Assembly (NCBI GenBank): GCA_046351255.1
Contig: JAXLYU010000009.1
Coordinates: 421,975 to 485,974, forward strand
Source of the DNA: Labilithrix sp.
GTDB taxonomy: Bacteria; Myxococcota_A; Polyangia; Polyangiales; Polyangiaceae
DNA: 64,000 bases
Reading direction: 5' to 3'
How positions within the stretch are numbered: position 1 is the stretch's first letter; every line of letters begins with the position of its first letter. Below, piece by piece: positions 18,565 through 28,783 of the stretch. The translations under genes were made by a program, and so were the position numbers. The notes beneath the pieces were generated by a model. The model was not told the origin of the DNA. It ran no database searches and saw only the letters and a program-made list of their open reading frames with translations.

Positions 18565-21500
18565 GTGTTTCAACGCCCGCGTAAGTCGCTCCATGTCTTG
18601 TCGCTTGGTCTCATCGCGACCGGTCTCGCCATCGCGCTCGGCGCGTGTGGAAGCGAGGGCGGTAACAACGTCTTCCCCAACGGTGATGGTGGCGGCGATG
18701 CCTCCAACACCAACACCTCCTCGAACGGGTCGATCGGCGGCTCGTCCGGGGACGGCCAGGCGCCTCCGGGGGATGACGACGATGACGACGGCGGATGCCG
18801 GAACGACGTCTGCGTGATCAACCCGACGTCGGTCTGCGGCGACGGCAAGATCGAAGGCGCCGAGGTCTGCGACGACGGCAACTCGATCCCCGGTGACGGC
18901 TGCTCGGGCACCTGCACGATCGAGCCGGGCTACACGTGTCCCACGGCGGGCAAGGGCTGCATCTACACCGTCGCGGTGAGCTGCGGAGACGGGCAGATCC
19001 AGGGCAACGAGGCCTGCGACGACGGCAACAAGAACGACGGCGACGGCTGCTCCAAGGGCTGCGATCCCGAGCCTGGCTATGCCTGCACGACGCCCGGACA
19101 GCTCTGCACGAAGGACCCGGACCCCGCCTGCGGCGACGGCGCGGTGAACGCGGGCGAGGAGTGCGACGACAAGAACACCACGCCGGGCGACGGCTGCAGC
19201 GCGGACTGCAAGATCGAGCTCGGCTACACCTGCCCCACGCCGGGCCAGCTGTGCGAGGTGCTCGAGTTCTGTGCCGACAAGATCCTGCAGAGCGCGAACG
19301 GCGAGGAGTGCGACGACGGCAACGCGGTCCCGGGCGACGGCTGCTCCGGTATCTGCAAGCTCGAGCCGGGCTGGGCCTGCCCCGCGGTCGGCAACCCGTG
19401 CACGAAGATCTGGGTCTGCGGCAACGGCAAGGTCGACCCGGGCGAGGCCTGTGACGACTCGAACACCGATCCCGGCGACGGCTGCACCGCCGAGTGCGCG
19501 GTCGAGGCGGGCTATACCTGCCCGAACGTGGGTGGCAGCGGCGGCCCGTGCGTGAAGGTCCCCGCCAACACGTGCGGCGACGCGATCGTCGCCGGCGCCG
19601 AGCAGTGCGACGACGGCAACTCCAACGACCTCGACGGCTGCTCGAAGAACTGCGGCGTGGAGCCGGGCTATACCTGTCCGGACCCGGGCAAGCTGTGCAC
19701 GAAGATCGCCTTCTGCGGCGACGGCAAGGTGAGCCTCGACCTGCAGGAGGAGTGCGACGACGGCGACACCAAGCCGAATGATGGCTGCACCCCTGGCTGC
19801 AAGCTCGAGCCGAACTACGTCTGTCCGACCCCCGGCCAGCCGTGCATCTCGACCGTCGTCTGCGGCGACAAGAAGGTCACCGGCAGCGAGACCTGCGACG
19901 ACGGCGCAACCGTCGGCGGCGACGGCTGCTCCTCCTCCTGTCAGGTCGAGCCGGGCTGGCAGTGCCCGGCCGCCAACGCGCCGTGCATCGCGAAGCAGTG
20001 CGGCGACGGCATCAAGGCCGGCAGCGAGCAGTGCGACGACGGCTTCATCGCCACGCCCGCCAGCAACACGCCCGGCTGCGACGCCAACTGCAAGCTCGTC
20101 CCGGGCTACGCGTGCAGCGAGGACGCGAACAAGAAGACGTCCTGCCACGTCACGAAGTGTGGCGATGGCACCAAGGAGGGCTTCGAGCAGTGCGACGACG
20201 GCAACCTGAAGCCGTACGACGGCTGCTCACCGACCTGTGCGATCGAGCCGCAGTGCTCCGGCGGCACCTGCACCGCGGTCTGTGGTGACGGCTTCAAGTT
20301 CGAGCAGGAGGAGTGCGACGACGGCAACACGCTCGACGGCGACGGCTGCAACCACCTCTGCAAGAAGGAAGTGGGCTGGACGTGCACCGACACGCAGCTG
20401 CCCGACCCGCCCTCGCTCGTGATCCCGATTCTCTATCGCGACATGCGATACAAGGCTTCGCCGAACGGACACCCCGATTTCCAGAACGCGATCGCGGGTG
20501 AGACCGGCCTCGTGAAGGCCAATCTCGATACGACGGCGCCCTACGGAAAGCCGATCTTCGAGAAGGCGGGCTCCACGCTCTCCAACGCGGAGAACTTCTG
20601 CTGGTGGTACCACGACGTCGGCTGCTCCACCCCGGCCAGCACGAATCCCTACGCCAAGACGGTGTGGCTCGACACGGGCAATAACCCGACCACGCTGACG
20701 CTCGCGAAGCAGGCCACGAACGTCTACCAGTTCTCGAGCGGCGCGTTCTTCCCCGTCAACGGGCTCGGCTGGAACGCGACCCCCGCGACGACGGAGACGA
20801 ACAACAACTGCGCCGGAACCGGCCCCCACAACTTCGCCTTCACCAGCGAGCTCCACTTCCCGTTCACCTACAAGGGTGGCGAGACGTTCGACTTCACCGG
20901 TGACGACGACGTCTGGGTCTTCATCAACGGCAAGCTCGCGGTCGACATCGGCGGCGTTCATGGAGCGCAGAACGGCAGCGTGACCCTCAACGCCGCGAAG
21001 GCGGTCGAGCTCGGCCTCACGGTCGGCAAGCTCTACGTCATCTCGATGTTCCAGGCCGAGCGCCACACCTGCGACTCGAACTACAAGCTGACCCTCAGCG
21101 GCTTCGTGAAGATTCAGTCTGCCTGCACGCCGATCTGCGGCGACGGCAAGGTCGTTGGCGACGAGATCTGTGACGATGGCAAGAACGACGGCTCGTACGG
21201 CAGCTGCACCCCGGGCTGCAAGGGCCGCGGCCCGTACTGCGGTGACAACACGAAGCAGGACCCGCCGGAGAAGTGCGACGACGGCGTGAACCAGACGACC
21301 TACGGCGGCGCGGCGCAGAAGTGCGCGCCGGGCTGCGTCATCGCCCCGTACTGCGGCGACGGCACGGTCAGCAACACCGAGAGCTGCGACGACGGCACCG
21401 CGAACAACACCGGTGCCTACGGCAAATGCTCGACCACGTGCACGCTCGGCCCCCGCTGCGGCGACGGGATCAAGAATGGGCCGGAGGAGTGCGACCACGG

Positions 21501-22413
21501 CGCGTCCAACGGCGCGAGCGCGGACAGCTGCAATGCGGACTGCACCCTTCGCTGCGGTGACGGCGTGAAGCAGCCCGGCGAAGAGTGCGATGACGGCGCC
21601 GCCAACAACGTCGGCGGCTATGGCAAGTGCAATGCGAACTGCACGTTCGGTCCGCGCTGCGGCGACGGCATTCCGAACGGCACCGAGCAGTGCGACGACG
21701 GCAAGAACGACGGCACCTACGGCACCTGCGGCGTGGGCTGCGTGTTCGCGCCCTACTGCGGTGACGGGACGATCAACGGCGCGGAGGTCTGCGACAAGGG
21801 CTCGGCGCAGAATCTCGCCAACAACTACGGTCCGGACAAGTGCAACAACCGCTGTCTCCCCGCACCCAGGTGCGGTGACAAGGCGGTCGACGGCGCGTTC
21901 GGTGAGGTCTGCGACGACGGCAAGAACGACGGCACCCCTGGCTCGTGCGCCACGGACTGCAAGTCGTTCATTCCCAACGTCACCTGCGGCAACGGCACGG
22001 TGAACGCCGGCGAGCAGTGCGACCACGGGGCGAACAACGGCAAGCCCGGCGACTCGTGCGACGCGCACTGTCACAACACCTGTGGCAACGGCGTGAAGGA
22101 TCCAGGCAATCCGGGAGCGGGCATCCCCGCCGAGGGCTGCGACAACGGCGTCAATGACGGAAGCTACGGCGGTTGCACCAGCAACTGTCAGGTCGCCGGC
22201 TACTGCGGTGACGGCATCAAGAACGGACCCGAGCAGTGCGACAACGGCGGCAGCAATCAGCCGGTCAACACCGCGTACGGTCCGGGCATCTGCACCCAGG
22301 CCTGCACCTTCGCCCCGTATTGCGGCGACGGGCGTATCCAGTCGAACAAGGGCGAACAGTGCGACTCGACCGCGTCGTGCGACTCGGCTTGCAAGCTGAC
22401 CGGCCCGAAGTGA
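18565..22413 (+). CDS. giant secreted lipoprotein: Myxococcus-type cysteine-rich repeats flanking a fibro-slime/PA14-like domain
   Basis: GTG start with a GGGA RBS and lipobox LGAC. There are more than 25 tandem repeats of 'CGDGxxxxGEECDDGNxxxGDGCSxxCxxExGYxC' (Myxococcus cysteine-rich repeat consensus). The central segment carries 'GETFDFTGDDDVWVFINGKLAVDIGGVHG', the fibro-slime signature. Confidence 0.85.
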   Translation: MFQRPRKSLHVLSLGLIATGLAIALGACGSEGGNNVFPNGDGGGDASNTNTSSNGSIGGSSGDGQAPPGDDDDDDGGCRNDVCVINPTSVCGDGKIEGAEVCDDGNSIPGDGCSGTCTIEPGYTCPTAGKGCIYTVAVSCGDGQIQGNEACDDGNKNDGDGCSKGCDPEPGYACTTPGQLCTKDPDPACGDGAVNAGEECDDKNTTPGDGCSADCKIELGYTCPTPGQLCEVLEFCADKILQSANGEECDDGNAVPGDGCSGICKLEPGWACPAVGNPCTKIWVCGNGKVDPGEACDDSNTDPGDGCTAECAVEAGYTCPNVGGSGGPCVKVPANTCGDAIVAGAEQCDDGNSNDLDGCSKNCGVEPGYTCPDPGKLCTKIAFCGDGKVSLDLQEECDDGDTKPNDGCTPGCKLEPNYVCPTPGQPCISTVVCGDKKVTGSETCDDGATVGGDGCSSSCQVEPGWQCPAANAPCIAKQCGDGIKAGSEQCDDGFIATPASNTPGCDANCKLVPGYACSEDANKKTSCHVTKCGDGTKEGFEQCDDGNLKPYDGCSPTCAIEPQCSGGTCTAVCGDGFKFEQEECDDGNTLDGDGCNHLCKKEVGWTCTDTQLPDPPSLVIPILYRDMRYKASPNGHPDFQNAIAGETGLVKANLDTTAPYGKPIFEKAGSTLSNAENFCWWYHDVGCSTPASTNPYAKTVWLDTGNNPTTLTLAKQATNVYQFSSGAFFPVNGLGWNATPATTETNNNCAGTGPHNFAFTSELHFPFTYKGGETFDFTGDDDVWVFINGKLAVDIGGVHGAQNGSVTLNAAKAVELGLTVGKLYVISMFQAERHTCDSNYKLTLSGFVKIQSACTPICGDGKVVGDEICDDGKNDGSYGSCTPGCKGRGPYCGDNTKQDPPEKCDDGVNQTTYGGAAQKCAPGCVIAPYCGDGTVSNTESCDDGTANNTGAYGKCSTTCTLGPRCGDGIKNGPEECDHGASNGASADSCNADCTLRCGDGVKQPGEECDDGAANNVGGYGKCNANCTFGPRCGDGIPNGTEQCDDGKNDGTYGTCGVGCVFAPYCGDGTINGAEVCDKGSAQNLANNYGPDKCNNRCLPAPRCGDKAVDGAFGEVCDDGKNDGTPGSCATDCKSFIPNVTCGNGTVNAGEQCDHGANNGKPGDSCDAHCHNTCGNGVKDPGNPGAGIPAEGCDNGVNDGSYGGCTSNCQVAGYCGDGIKNGPEQCDNGGSNQPVNTAYGPGICTQACTFAPYCGDGRIQSNKGEQCDSTASCDSACKLTGPK
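18830..22380 (+). repeat. tandem coding repeats (~105-120 nt units; recurring GAGTGCGACGACGGCAAC cores)
   Basis: Repeated 'tgcgacgacggcaac...ggcgacggctgc' blocks are visible at the DNA level. They are coding repeats, not a CRISPR array. Confidence 0.7.
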
Positions 22414-22419
22414 GCTGAC

Positions 22420-23862
22420 TCAGGTCCCGCAGAAGGTCCGATACCCCTGCTGGAACTCCGGCCCGGGCGCGTCCGCGAGAGCGGCGTGCTCGGGCTGTTC
22501 TTCGTACGGCTTCGACAGCACCGACACGAGGCGCTCGAATGGCGCGAAATCGGAGTTGATGGCGGCGGCGGCGATCGCCTCCTCCACGCGGTGATTCCGC
22601 GGAATGAAGGCGGGATTCGCGGCCCGCATGGCGGCCGCGCGCTGCTCGGCCGGCACGTCCTCCTTCGAGCAGCGGGCGCTCCAGCGCGCTTCCCAGTCGT
22701 GAAACGCGCCGGGCTGCTCGAACATCGAGGCGACGTCGGCGCTGCCGTTCGAGAGGCGGCGGAAGAAGTTCGTGTAGTCGACGCCGCCCGACGCCATGCG
22801 CTCGAGGAGGTCCTCTGCCAGCGCGCGATCGCCGTCGTCGGCCGTGAAGAGCCCGAGCTTCGTGCGGAACATCTCCGTCTTTCGTGCCTCGAACACGTCG
22901 ACGAAGCGACTCAGCTCCACCGTCGCCGTCTCCACCTGCTGCTCCTCCGAGTCGCCGAGCAAGGGCAAGAGCGTCTCCGCGAGCCGCGCCAGGTTCCACT
23001 GCACGATCTTCGGCTGATTGGCGAAGGCATAGCGGCCGGCGCGGTCAATCGAGCTGAAGTGCTTTCGCGGCTCGTACGCGTCGAGGAACGCGCAGGGGCC
23101 ATAATCGATCGTCTCGCCGGAGATGGTCGTGTTGTCGGTATTCATCACGCCGTGGATGAACCCGATGCCGAGCCACCTCGCGACGAGGGCGGCCTGCGCG
23201 TCGATTACCTGCTTCAGGAGCGTGAGCGCGGGGCTGCCCTCGACGGTGACCTTCGGAAAATGCCGGGAGAGCGCATAGGCGACGAGCGACTGGACGGCGT
23301 CGCCGTCCTCGCGGTTGGCGAAGAGCTCGAACGTACCGATCCGGAGGTGGCTCGCCGCCACGCGGATGAGGACCGCGCCGGGCAGCATCTCTTCCCGTGC
23401 GACGGCGTCTCCCGTCAGCGCGGCCGCCAGCGTGCGGGTCGTCGGAACGCCGAGCGCGGCCATGGCCTCGCTCACGATGTATTCGCGGAGCACCGGACCG
23501 AGCGCGGCGCGGCCGTCTCCGCCGCGCGAGAACGGCGTGCGGCCCGAGCCCTTCCACTGGAGGTCGTAGCGTGCGCCGTTTGCCGCCACGACCTCGCCCA
23601 TGAGCACGGCGCGCCCGTCGCCGAGCTGCGGGACGAAGTTGCCGAACTGATGACCCGCATACGCGAGCGCGATCGGATCCGCGCCCTCCGGGACCACGTT
23701 GCCGGCGACCACCTCGGCGGTGAGGTCCTTCGGGTCGAGGCCGAGCTCCTTCGCGAGCCCCTCGTTCACCTTGATGAGCGACGGGGCGCGCACCTTGGCG
23801 GGATGAACGCGCTTGTAGAAACGATCGGGAAGGCGGGCGTAGCTGTTGTCGAACGCGATCAT
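22420..23862 (-). CDS. selO: protein adenylyltransferase SelO (YdiU/UPF0061)
   Basis: 480 aa with colinear similarity to the YdiU family (…GHQFG…GDGRA…). Confidence 0.8.
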   Translation of the reverse strand: MIAFDNSYARLPDRFYKRVHPAKVRAPSLIKVNEGLAKELGLDPKDLTAEVVAGNVVPEGADPIALAYAGHQFGNFVPQLGDGRAVLMGEVVAANGARYDLQWKGSGRTPFSRGGDGRAALGPVLREYIVSEAMAALGVPTTRTLAAALTGDAVAREEMLPGAVLIRVAASHLRIGTFELFANREDGDAVQSLVAYALSRHFPKVTVEGSPALTLLKQVIDAQAALVARWLGIGFIHGVMNTDNTTISGETIDYGPCAFLDAYEPRKHFSSIDRAGRYAFANQPKIVQWNLARLAETLLPLLGDSEEQQVETATVELSRFVDVFEARKTEMFRTKLGLFTADDGDRALAEDLLERMASGGVDYTNFFRRLSNGSADVASMFEQPGAFHDWEARWSARCSKEDVPAEQRAAAMRAANPAFIPRNHRVEEAIAAAAINSDFAPFERLVSVLSKPYEEQPEHAALADAPGPEFQQGYRTFCGT

Positions 23863-23880
23863 CGGCGAATGCCGCGTACC

Positions 23881-25428
23881 TTAGCGCCGAAACGCCGCGC
23901 CCGGACTCCATTCGGGGGTCCGGTCCTCGTTCGCGAGACGCCGGCCGACGCGGAAGAGCAGGACCGTATCCTCGACCATGCCCGCGAGGTCCCAGTCCGG
24001 TGCGATCACGTCGTTCGGGGAGTGGTAGCGGTGCGCCACGAAGTCCTGCCGCTTGTGCTTCCCGAAGTCCGGAGGCTGGTCGCGGTAGTCCGCGCCTGGA
24101 AAGAGGAAGCCCAGCGCGGGCACGCCGTGCTTCGCAAACTCGAAATGGTCGGAGCGGAAGTAATAGCCCTTCTCGCCCTCCGGATCTGCGATCACCTGGC
24201 GGCCCTGCTTCGCCGCCTCGTCCGCGAGCATCGCATCCATCGTCGTCTGACCGAGCCCGAGGCTCACCACGGAGCGGGTGCGTCCCCACGGATTCGGAAT
24301 ATCCATGTTCACGTTCGCGACCGTCTTCTCCAGCGGATAGAGGGGATGCGCGGCATAGAACTTCGCGCCGAGGAGCCCGGACTCCTCCGCCGTCGTTGCC
24401 ATGAACAGGATCGAGCGGCGCGGCAAGGCCGGCAGCGACGTGAAGGCGCGCGCCGTCTCGAGGAGCCAGGCGACCCCCGCCGCGTTGTCGAGGGCGCCGT
24501 GAAAGACGCCCGCCTCGTTCCTGCCGAAATGGTCCCAGTGCGAGCTGAAGACGACGTGCTCCTCCTTCAGGTCGGTCCCGACCACGCGGCCGACGACGTT
24601 CCGCGAGAGCAGCGGCTTGCTCGTGCTGTCGATCGAGATCGTGGCGCGCGCGGAGAGCGGGATCGGACGAAACCCCGGACGCCTGGCCGCCGCCTTCACG
24701 CGGTCGAAGTCGGGAATCAGCCTCCGCGCCGTACTCTCGTGAATCCAGCCTTCCACGCCCACGTGGGCATCCCGCGATCCTTCGTCATCGATCTCGTAAC
24801 GGGCATTCTTCGCCCCGCCGGAGACCACGTTCCAGCCATAGCCGGCGGGGCCCGTCTCGTGGACGATGAGCGCGGCCGCCGCGCCTAGCCTCGCGGCTAT
24901 TTCGAACTTGTACGTCCAGCGGCCGTAATACGTCATCGGGCCGCCGAACGGATCGCCGACGAGGAAGACGACCGTCTTGCCCTTCACGTCGACGTCCTGC
25001 AGATCGTTCCAGCCCCGCTCCGGCGCGGAGATGCCATGGCCGACGAAGACGACCTCGCTCTCGCGGACGCGGACCTCCGGCGTCGTGCGCAGGGACCACG
25101 CGACGAAGTCTTCGACGGGTCGAAGCTCGTCGCGATCGAACGCGAGCGTCGCGCGTGACGTGATGGCCGCGAGCGGCACCGTCTGTACCCAGGTCCCGTC
25201 CGGGTTCCCCGGCGCGAGCCCGGACTTCTTCATCTCGCTCTGGAGGTATTCGACGGTCAGGTCCTCGCCCGATGTCCCGGGCGCGCGGCCCTCGAAGCGC
25301 TCCGAGGACAGCGTCCCGATGTGTCCGAGCAGGGCCCGCGCGTGAATCGTGGACTCGGGCTCGTTCGCCGGCATGCGCGCTGGCGTAGCACACGCCGCGA
25401 GCGCGAGGAGAACGATGCCGGCGCGCAT
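23881..25428 (-). CDS. M28 family aminopeptidase (PA-domain containing), secreted
   Basis: Signal peptide, then M28 motifs 'HWDH' and 'DNAAGVA', and 'EESGLLG'. Confidence 0.75.
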   Translation of the reverse strand: MRAGIVLLALAACATPARMPANEPESTIHARALLGHIGTLSSERFEGRAPGTSGEDLTVEYLQSEMKKSGLAPGNPDGTWVQTVPLAAITSRATLAFDRDELRPVEDFVAWSLRTTPEVRVRESEVVFVGHGISAPERGWNDLQDVDVKGKTVVFLVGDPFGGPMTYYGRWTYKFEIAARLGAAAALIVHETGPAGYGWNVVSGGAKNARYEIDDEGSRDAHVGVEGWIHESTARRLIPDFDRVKAAARRPGFRPIPLSARATISIDSTSKPLLSRNVVGRVVGTDLKEEHVVFSSHWDHFGRNEAGVFHGALDNAAGVAWLLETARAFTSLPALPRRSILFMATTAEESGLLGAKFYAAHPLYPLEKTVANVNMDIPNPWGRTRSVVSLGLGQTTMDAMLADEAAKQGRQVIADPEGEKGYYFRSDHFEFAKHGVPALGFLFPGADYRDQPPDFGKHKRQDFVAHRYHSPNDVIAPDWDLAGMVEDTVLLFRVGRRLANEDRTPEWSPGAAFRR

Positions 25429-25562
25429 GGCGGCTCAGTCTACGGCAACGGGCTCCTTCGTGCTCGACGTGAAGAGCAGGTCCATCGCATGAAGGAGGCA
25501 CGGCAGCGCGGCGAAGGCCGCCTCGTCGCCGTGACGGATCGCATCGAGCCGTGCCATCTAGC

Positions 25563-26534
25563 CTAGAGGACGACGACCTGCTTCCCCACCGTGCGGTTGT
25601 GCTCCATGTCGTCGTGCGCGCGGCGGATCTCGTCGAGGGCGTACGTGCGGATGGGCCCGAGGGTGACGGCGCCGCTGGCGATGCGGTCGAGGAATCGCTG
25701 GAGGACGGCGGTGGACAGGTGCCCGCTGTCGCCGCCGTACGCCGTGAGCCGCACGCCGGTGGGCAGGTAACCGATTGGATAGAAGTCCTTCACCGTCCAC
25801 TCGTTCGAGAGCATGCCGGTGAAGCACACCGTGCCATGAACCTTCGTCGCGCGAAGCGTATCGGGAAGGGTCGGCGTTCCGATGAGCTCGATGGCGGCGT
25901 CGACGCCCTCGGGATGACGTGCTCGCACCTGCGCCGCGACATCTCCGTCATCGACGAGCGCGAGCGCTCCCTGCTGTTCCAGGAGATCGGCCCGCGACGC
26001 GCGGCGCGTGGTGGCATACACGGTGGCGCCGAGCTCCTTTCCGACCGCGATCGCCGCAAGACCCGTGCTCGAGGTGCCGCCGCGTACGAGCAAGATCTGC
26101 CCTGCGCGCAGATCGCACCCCACAGTGCACGAGCCATAGGCGGTCTGGAGCGTCTCCGGGATCGCGCCGAGCACGTCCCAGCCGAGCTGCGACGAGAAGG
26201 GAATGACCTGGCTCGAGGGGACGACCACGAAGTCCGCATAGCCCCCGTCGAACGTGCGGCCCATGCCGCCCATCATCGTCATCACCTGCTGGCCCTTCGA
26301 GAGCCCGCTGTCGGAGGGCTCGTCGATGACGCCGGTGGCCTCGATGCCGAGGATCCGCGGGAAGACCACGCCGTCCGCGAGACCGATCCGCGTGTGGTAC
26401 TCGGATCGATTGAGGCCGAACGCCATGACGCGAATACGCACGCGGCCCGGGCCGGCCTCCGGCACCGGCACGTCGCGAAGGTGGAGATTCTCGACCGGCC
26501 CTGGGGCCTCCAGGACCACCGCGCGCATCGTCAT
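25563..26534 (-). CDS. zinc-type alcohol dehydrogenase / quinone oxidoreductase (MDR superfamily)
   Basis: Start MTMRAVVLE. GroES-like N-terminus plus Rossmann 'GGTSSTGLAAIAVGKELGA'. The longer ORF 25563..27092 is extended only by an upstream in-frame shadow. Confidence 0.75.
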   Translation of the reverse strand: MTMRAVVLEAPGPVENLHLRDVPVPEAGPGRVRIRVMAFGLNRSEYHTRIGLADGVVFPRILGIEATGVIDEPSDSGLSKGQQVMTMMGGMGRTFDGGYADFVVVPSSQVIPFSSQLGWDVLGAIPETLQTAYGSCTVGCDLRAGQILLVRGGTSSTGLAAIAVGKELGATVYATTRRASRADLLEQQGALALVDDGDVAAQVRARHPEGVDAAIELIGTPTLPDTLRATKVHGTVCFTGMLSNEWTVKDFYPIGYLPTGVRLTAYGGDSGHLSTAVLQRFLDRIASGAVTLGPIRTYALDEIRRAHDDMEHNRTVGKQVVVL

Positions 26535-26684
26535 GTCCCGGTCTCTCCTGGTCGGGCCGTCCGCATCGGTCCGGCGTCGGCGGTCACGGTCCAGATCGCC
26601 CATGATTTGCGGCTGGATCCCTCCACGAGCTCGAGAGGCGTCGGCTTCATCGGCGGGGAGAGTAACCTGAGTGTCGTGACGAGC

Positions 26685-27380
26685 ATGACCGCCGTCTCCG
26701 GCGCTGCGTTCATCGTGCTGGCGCTCCTGCGGGTGTGGCTGACCATGCGCGGGCGCCGCGTCGTGCGCATGGGCACGCTCGCCGACGGCACCGAGGTCCT
26801 CGTGCGCCGGAACGGCGCCGTGCGCGAGCTGGTCCTGGCTCACGGACGCGACGAGCTCGTTCAATCGCGCAGCGACGGCGGCGGCTACGTGCGCGAGTTT
26901 CATCGCGCGATGCGCACGCACCCTCGACCCAGGCGCGTGCTCTTCCTCGGGGGCGGCGCGTGCGTGGCCCCGATGCAGTTCGAGCGTCGCTACGCCGACG
27001 CGTTCATCGACGTCGTGGAGAAGGAGCCGCTGGTGGCAGAGGCGGCGCGGAGCCATTTCGACTTTGGCGAGTCCGAGCGTCTGAAGCTCCACGTCGCCGA
27101 CGCGCGCGACTTCCTCGCCGTGGCCTCACCGTACGATCTCGTCATCGTCGATCTCTACGACGCCCACGGCATTCCCCCCGAACTGGCCACGACCGACTTC
27201 TTCGGCTCGATTCGCAAGATCCTCCGCCCCGGCGGGACGCTCGTGGCCAATCTGATCCGTCCGCCCGACGCCGGCGTCCTCGCCGCGCTCGGCGCCGCGT
27301 TCCCGGGCCGAGCGCTCGACGTTCAGGAGGTCACGGACGAGAACGCGCTCGTCTTCGTGGTCACTGAGAGCGGAAGTTGA
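26685..27380 (+). CDS. spermidine-synthase-like methyltransferase
   Basis: Only the 3' 232 codons of the 609-aa ORF are coding. Contains 'VLFLGGGA' and 'DLVIVDLYD' spermine/spermidine-synthase-like motifs. Confidence 0.55.
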   Translation: MTAVSGAAFIVLALLRVWLTMRGRRVVRMGTLADGTEVLVRRNGAVRELVLAHGRDELVQSRSDGGGYVREFHRAMRTHPRPRRVLFLGGGACVAPMQFERRYADAFIDVVEKEPLVAEAARSHFDFGESERLKLHVADARDFLAVASPYDLVIVDLYDAHGIPPELATTDFFGSIRKILRPGGTLVANLIRPPDAGVLAALGAAFPGRALDVQEVTDENALVFVVTESGS

Positions 27381-27801
27381 GCGACATCTTTTTTACCGAC
27401 TTCACGTTCGCGCCGGTCCGCCCCGTCACCTTCACCTCGATGTCGCCGCTGATCGAAGGGAATGGGCAATTGAGAGATATTTCGCAGTCTGCGCTGTGCT
27501 CGCCCATGATGTTGGTGTGACCGCCGCAGATGCTCGTGCCGGAGCGGTCGGACGTCGAGCACTGGAGACGCCCGACGTCCTTGCCGTTTTGCTTCAGCTC
27601 GACGTCGTATTCGAGCTCGGGCTTGGAGTTCTTGGGGCCGACCCAGCGAACGTCGGTGTCGGCCCAGACCTGGAGCGGCCCCGTGGCGACGACGTGCGCG
27701 GTGACGGTGCCGGGACCCATGAGCGGAGCGGTGCCGGCGACCTTTCCGCGACACGCGCCGGTGCCCAGGACGACGAGCAAGAGACCGAAGCGCGATTTCA
27801 T
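27361..27801 (-). CDS. small secreted protein, hypothetical
   Basis: Start MKSRFGLLLVVLGTGAC (signal peptide), 147 aa. It is the last gene of the secreted-protein cluster. Confidence 0.5.
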   Translation of the reverse strand: MKSRFGLLLVVLGTGACRGKVAGTAPLMGPGTVTAHVVATGPLQVWADTDVRWVGPKNSKPELEYDVELKQNGKDVGRLQCSTSDRSGTSICGGHTNIMGEHSADCEISLNCPFPSISGDIEVKVTGRTGANVKSVKKMSLNFRSQ

Positions 27802-27806
27802 GCGGC

Positions 27807-28769
27807 TCAAGGCTCGTACTTGATGGGCGTGCCGTCGTCGTCCCAGACGTTCCCGGTCACGGTGGGACTCGGGTCGTCGAGCGTCCAGGGACCATAGCCG
27901 CTGTTTCGGCCGAAGCGATTGTTGATGATCTTCGTGTTCTTCGGCTTCGTCGCGCCCTGGCCGCGGATGTTCAACGTGTAGCCGCCGCCGTCGAGCCAGT
28001 TGCACTCGATGGTGAGGTCCTCGGTGGACACCATGCCTTCGTCGCCGGTCTGCACGCAGGCGTTGCTCGCGCCCGAGATGTTGTTGTTTCGCAGCGTGAC
28101 GCCCTTGCCGCCCGTCGACTGCACGCCGTCGTTGTGCTGGTCCGGCCCGTTTCGCAGATCGTGGATCCACGAGTCCTCGATGAGGACGTCTGCGTCGGCC
28201 TTGAAGCCGTCCGCGCTGCCATGCACGTTGAGGCGGCGCGCGGTGTAATGCGCGAACGACACGGCGGACGTCACGTCATCGGAGGTGCCGATGATCTCGC
28301 TGTCCTCGATGACGAGCCCCTTGTGTGGATCGTCGTAGCGAACGGGGTAGTACGAGCCGCTCGTGATCTTCACGTTGCGAATCGTGACGTTGTCGGCCGC
28401 GACCTCGATCTCACCGTCGATGTCGAGGTTCTCCACCACGTCGCCGTCCTTCGTGACCTTGATGCCCTTGCTCGCCTTCAGGGTGACGCCGGGCTTGACG
28501 CCCGTGTTCGTCGGGCCTGGCTTTGGCTTCTTGCAGAGCGAGACCGGAATGGGCTCTCCGTCGCCGCTGTCGCTCCCCGTCGTCCCGCCATCGTTGCCCG
28601 TCGCGGCTCCGCCGTCGCCCCCGCCGCCCCCGCCACCATCCTTCGTGCCCTGCGGCGCTCCGCCGTCGTTCGTCGCGGGGCTGTCGTCGTTCGATCCATC
28701 ACTACACGCGCCGAGCATCACGAACGCGACCAGCGCCGCGTGGGGTGCCCTCAGGGCCCAGGTTTGCAT
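27807..28769 (-). CDS. secreted beta-helix lipoprotein (paralog of 5521..6504)
   Basis: Start MQTWALRAP…VMLGAC (lipobox), a Gly-rich linker, then beta-helix rungs. The C-terminus is colinear with the 5521..6504 product. Confidence 0.6.
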   Translation of the reverse strand: MQTWALRAPHAALVAFVMLGACSDGSNDDSPATNDGGAPQGTKDGGGGGGGDGGAATGNDGGTTGSDSGDGEPIPVSLCKKPKPGPTNTGVKPGVTLKASKGIKVTKDGDVVENLDIDGEIEVAADNVTIRNVKITSGSYYPVRYDDPHKGLVIEDSEIIGTSDDVTSAVSFAHYTARRLNVHGSADGFKADADVLIEDSWIHDLRNGPDQHNDGVQSTGGKGVTLRNNNISGASNACVQTGDEGMVSTEDLTIECNWLDGGGYTLNIRGQGATKPKNTKIINNRFGRNSGYGPWTLDDPSPTVTGNVWDDDGTPIKYEP

Positions 28770-28783
28770 CGCGGCCCAGCGTA

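Noticed and set aside
18217-22074. Two long minus-strand ORFs (643 and 615 aa) opposite the Cys-rich repeat gene
   Set aside because: They are antisense shadows of the repeat gene, and their translations are Ala/Val/Gly/Arg repeats.
18830-22380. Possible CRISPR-like periodic repeats
   Set aside because: The periodicity is protein-coding (Cys-rich repeat units) with variable unit length and no spacer/repeat alternation, so this is not CRISPR.
22486-24888. 800-aa plus-strand ORF
   Set aside because: It is antisense to selO and the M28 peptidase and has no recognisable motifs.
25551-27380. 609-aa ORF treated as one CDS
   Set aside because: Only the 3' 232 codons (26685..27380) look coding. 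The 5' part is the reverse complement of the MDR oxidoreductase gene.
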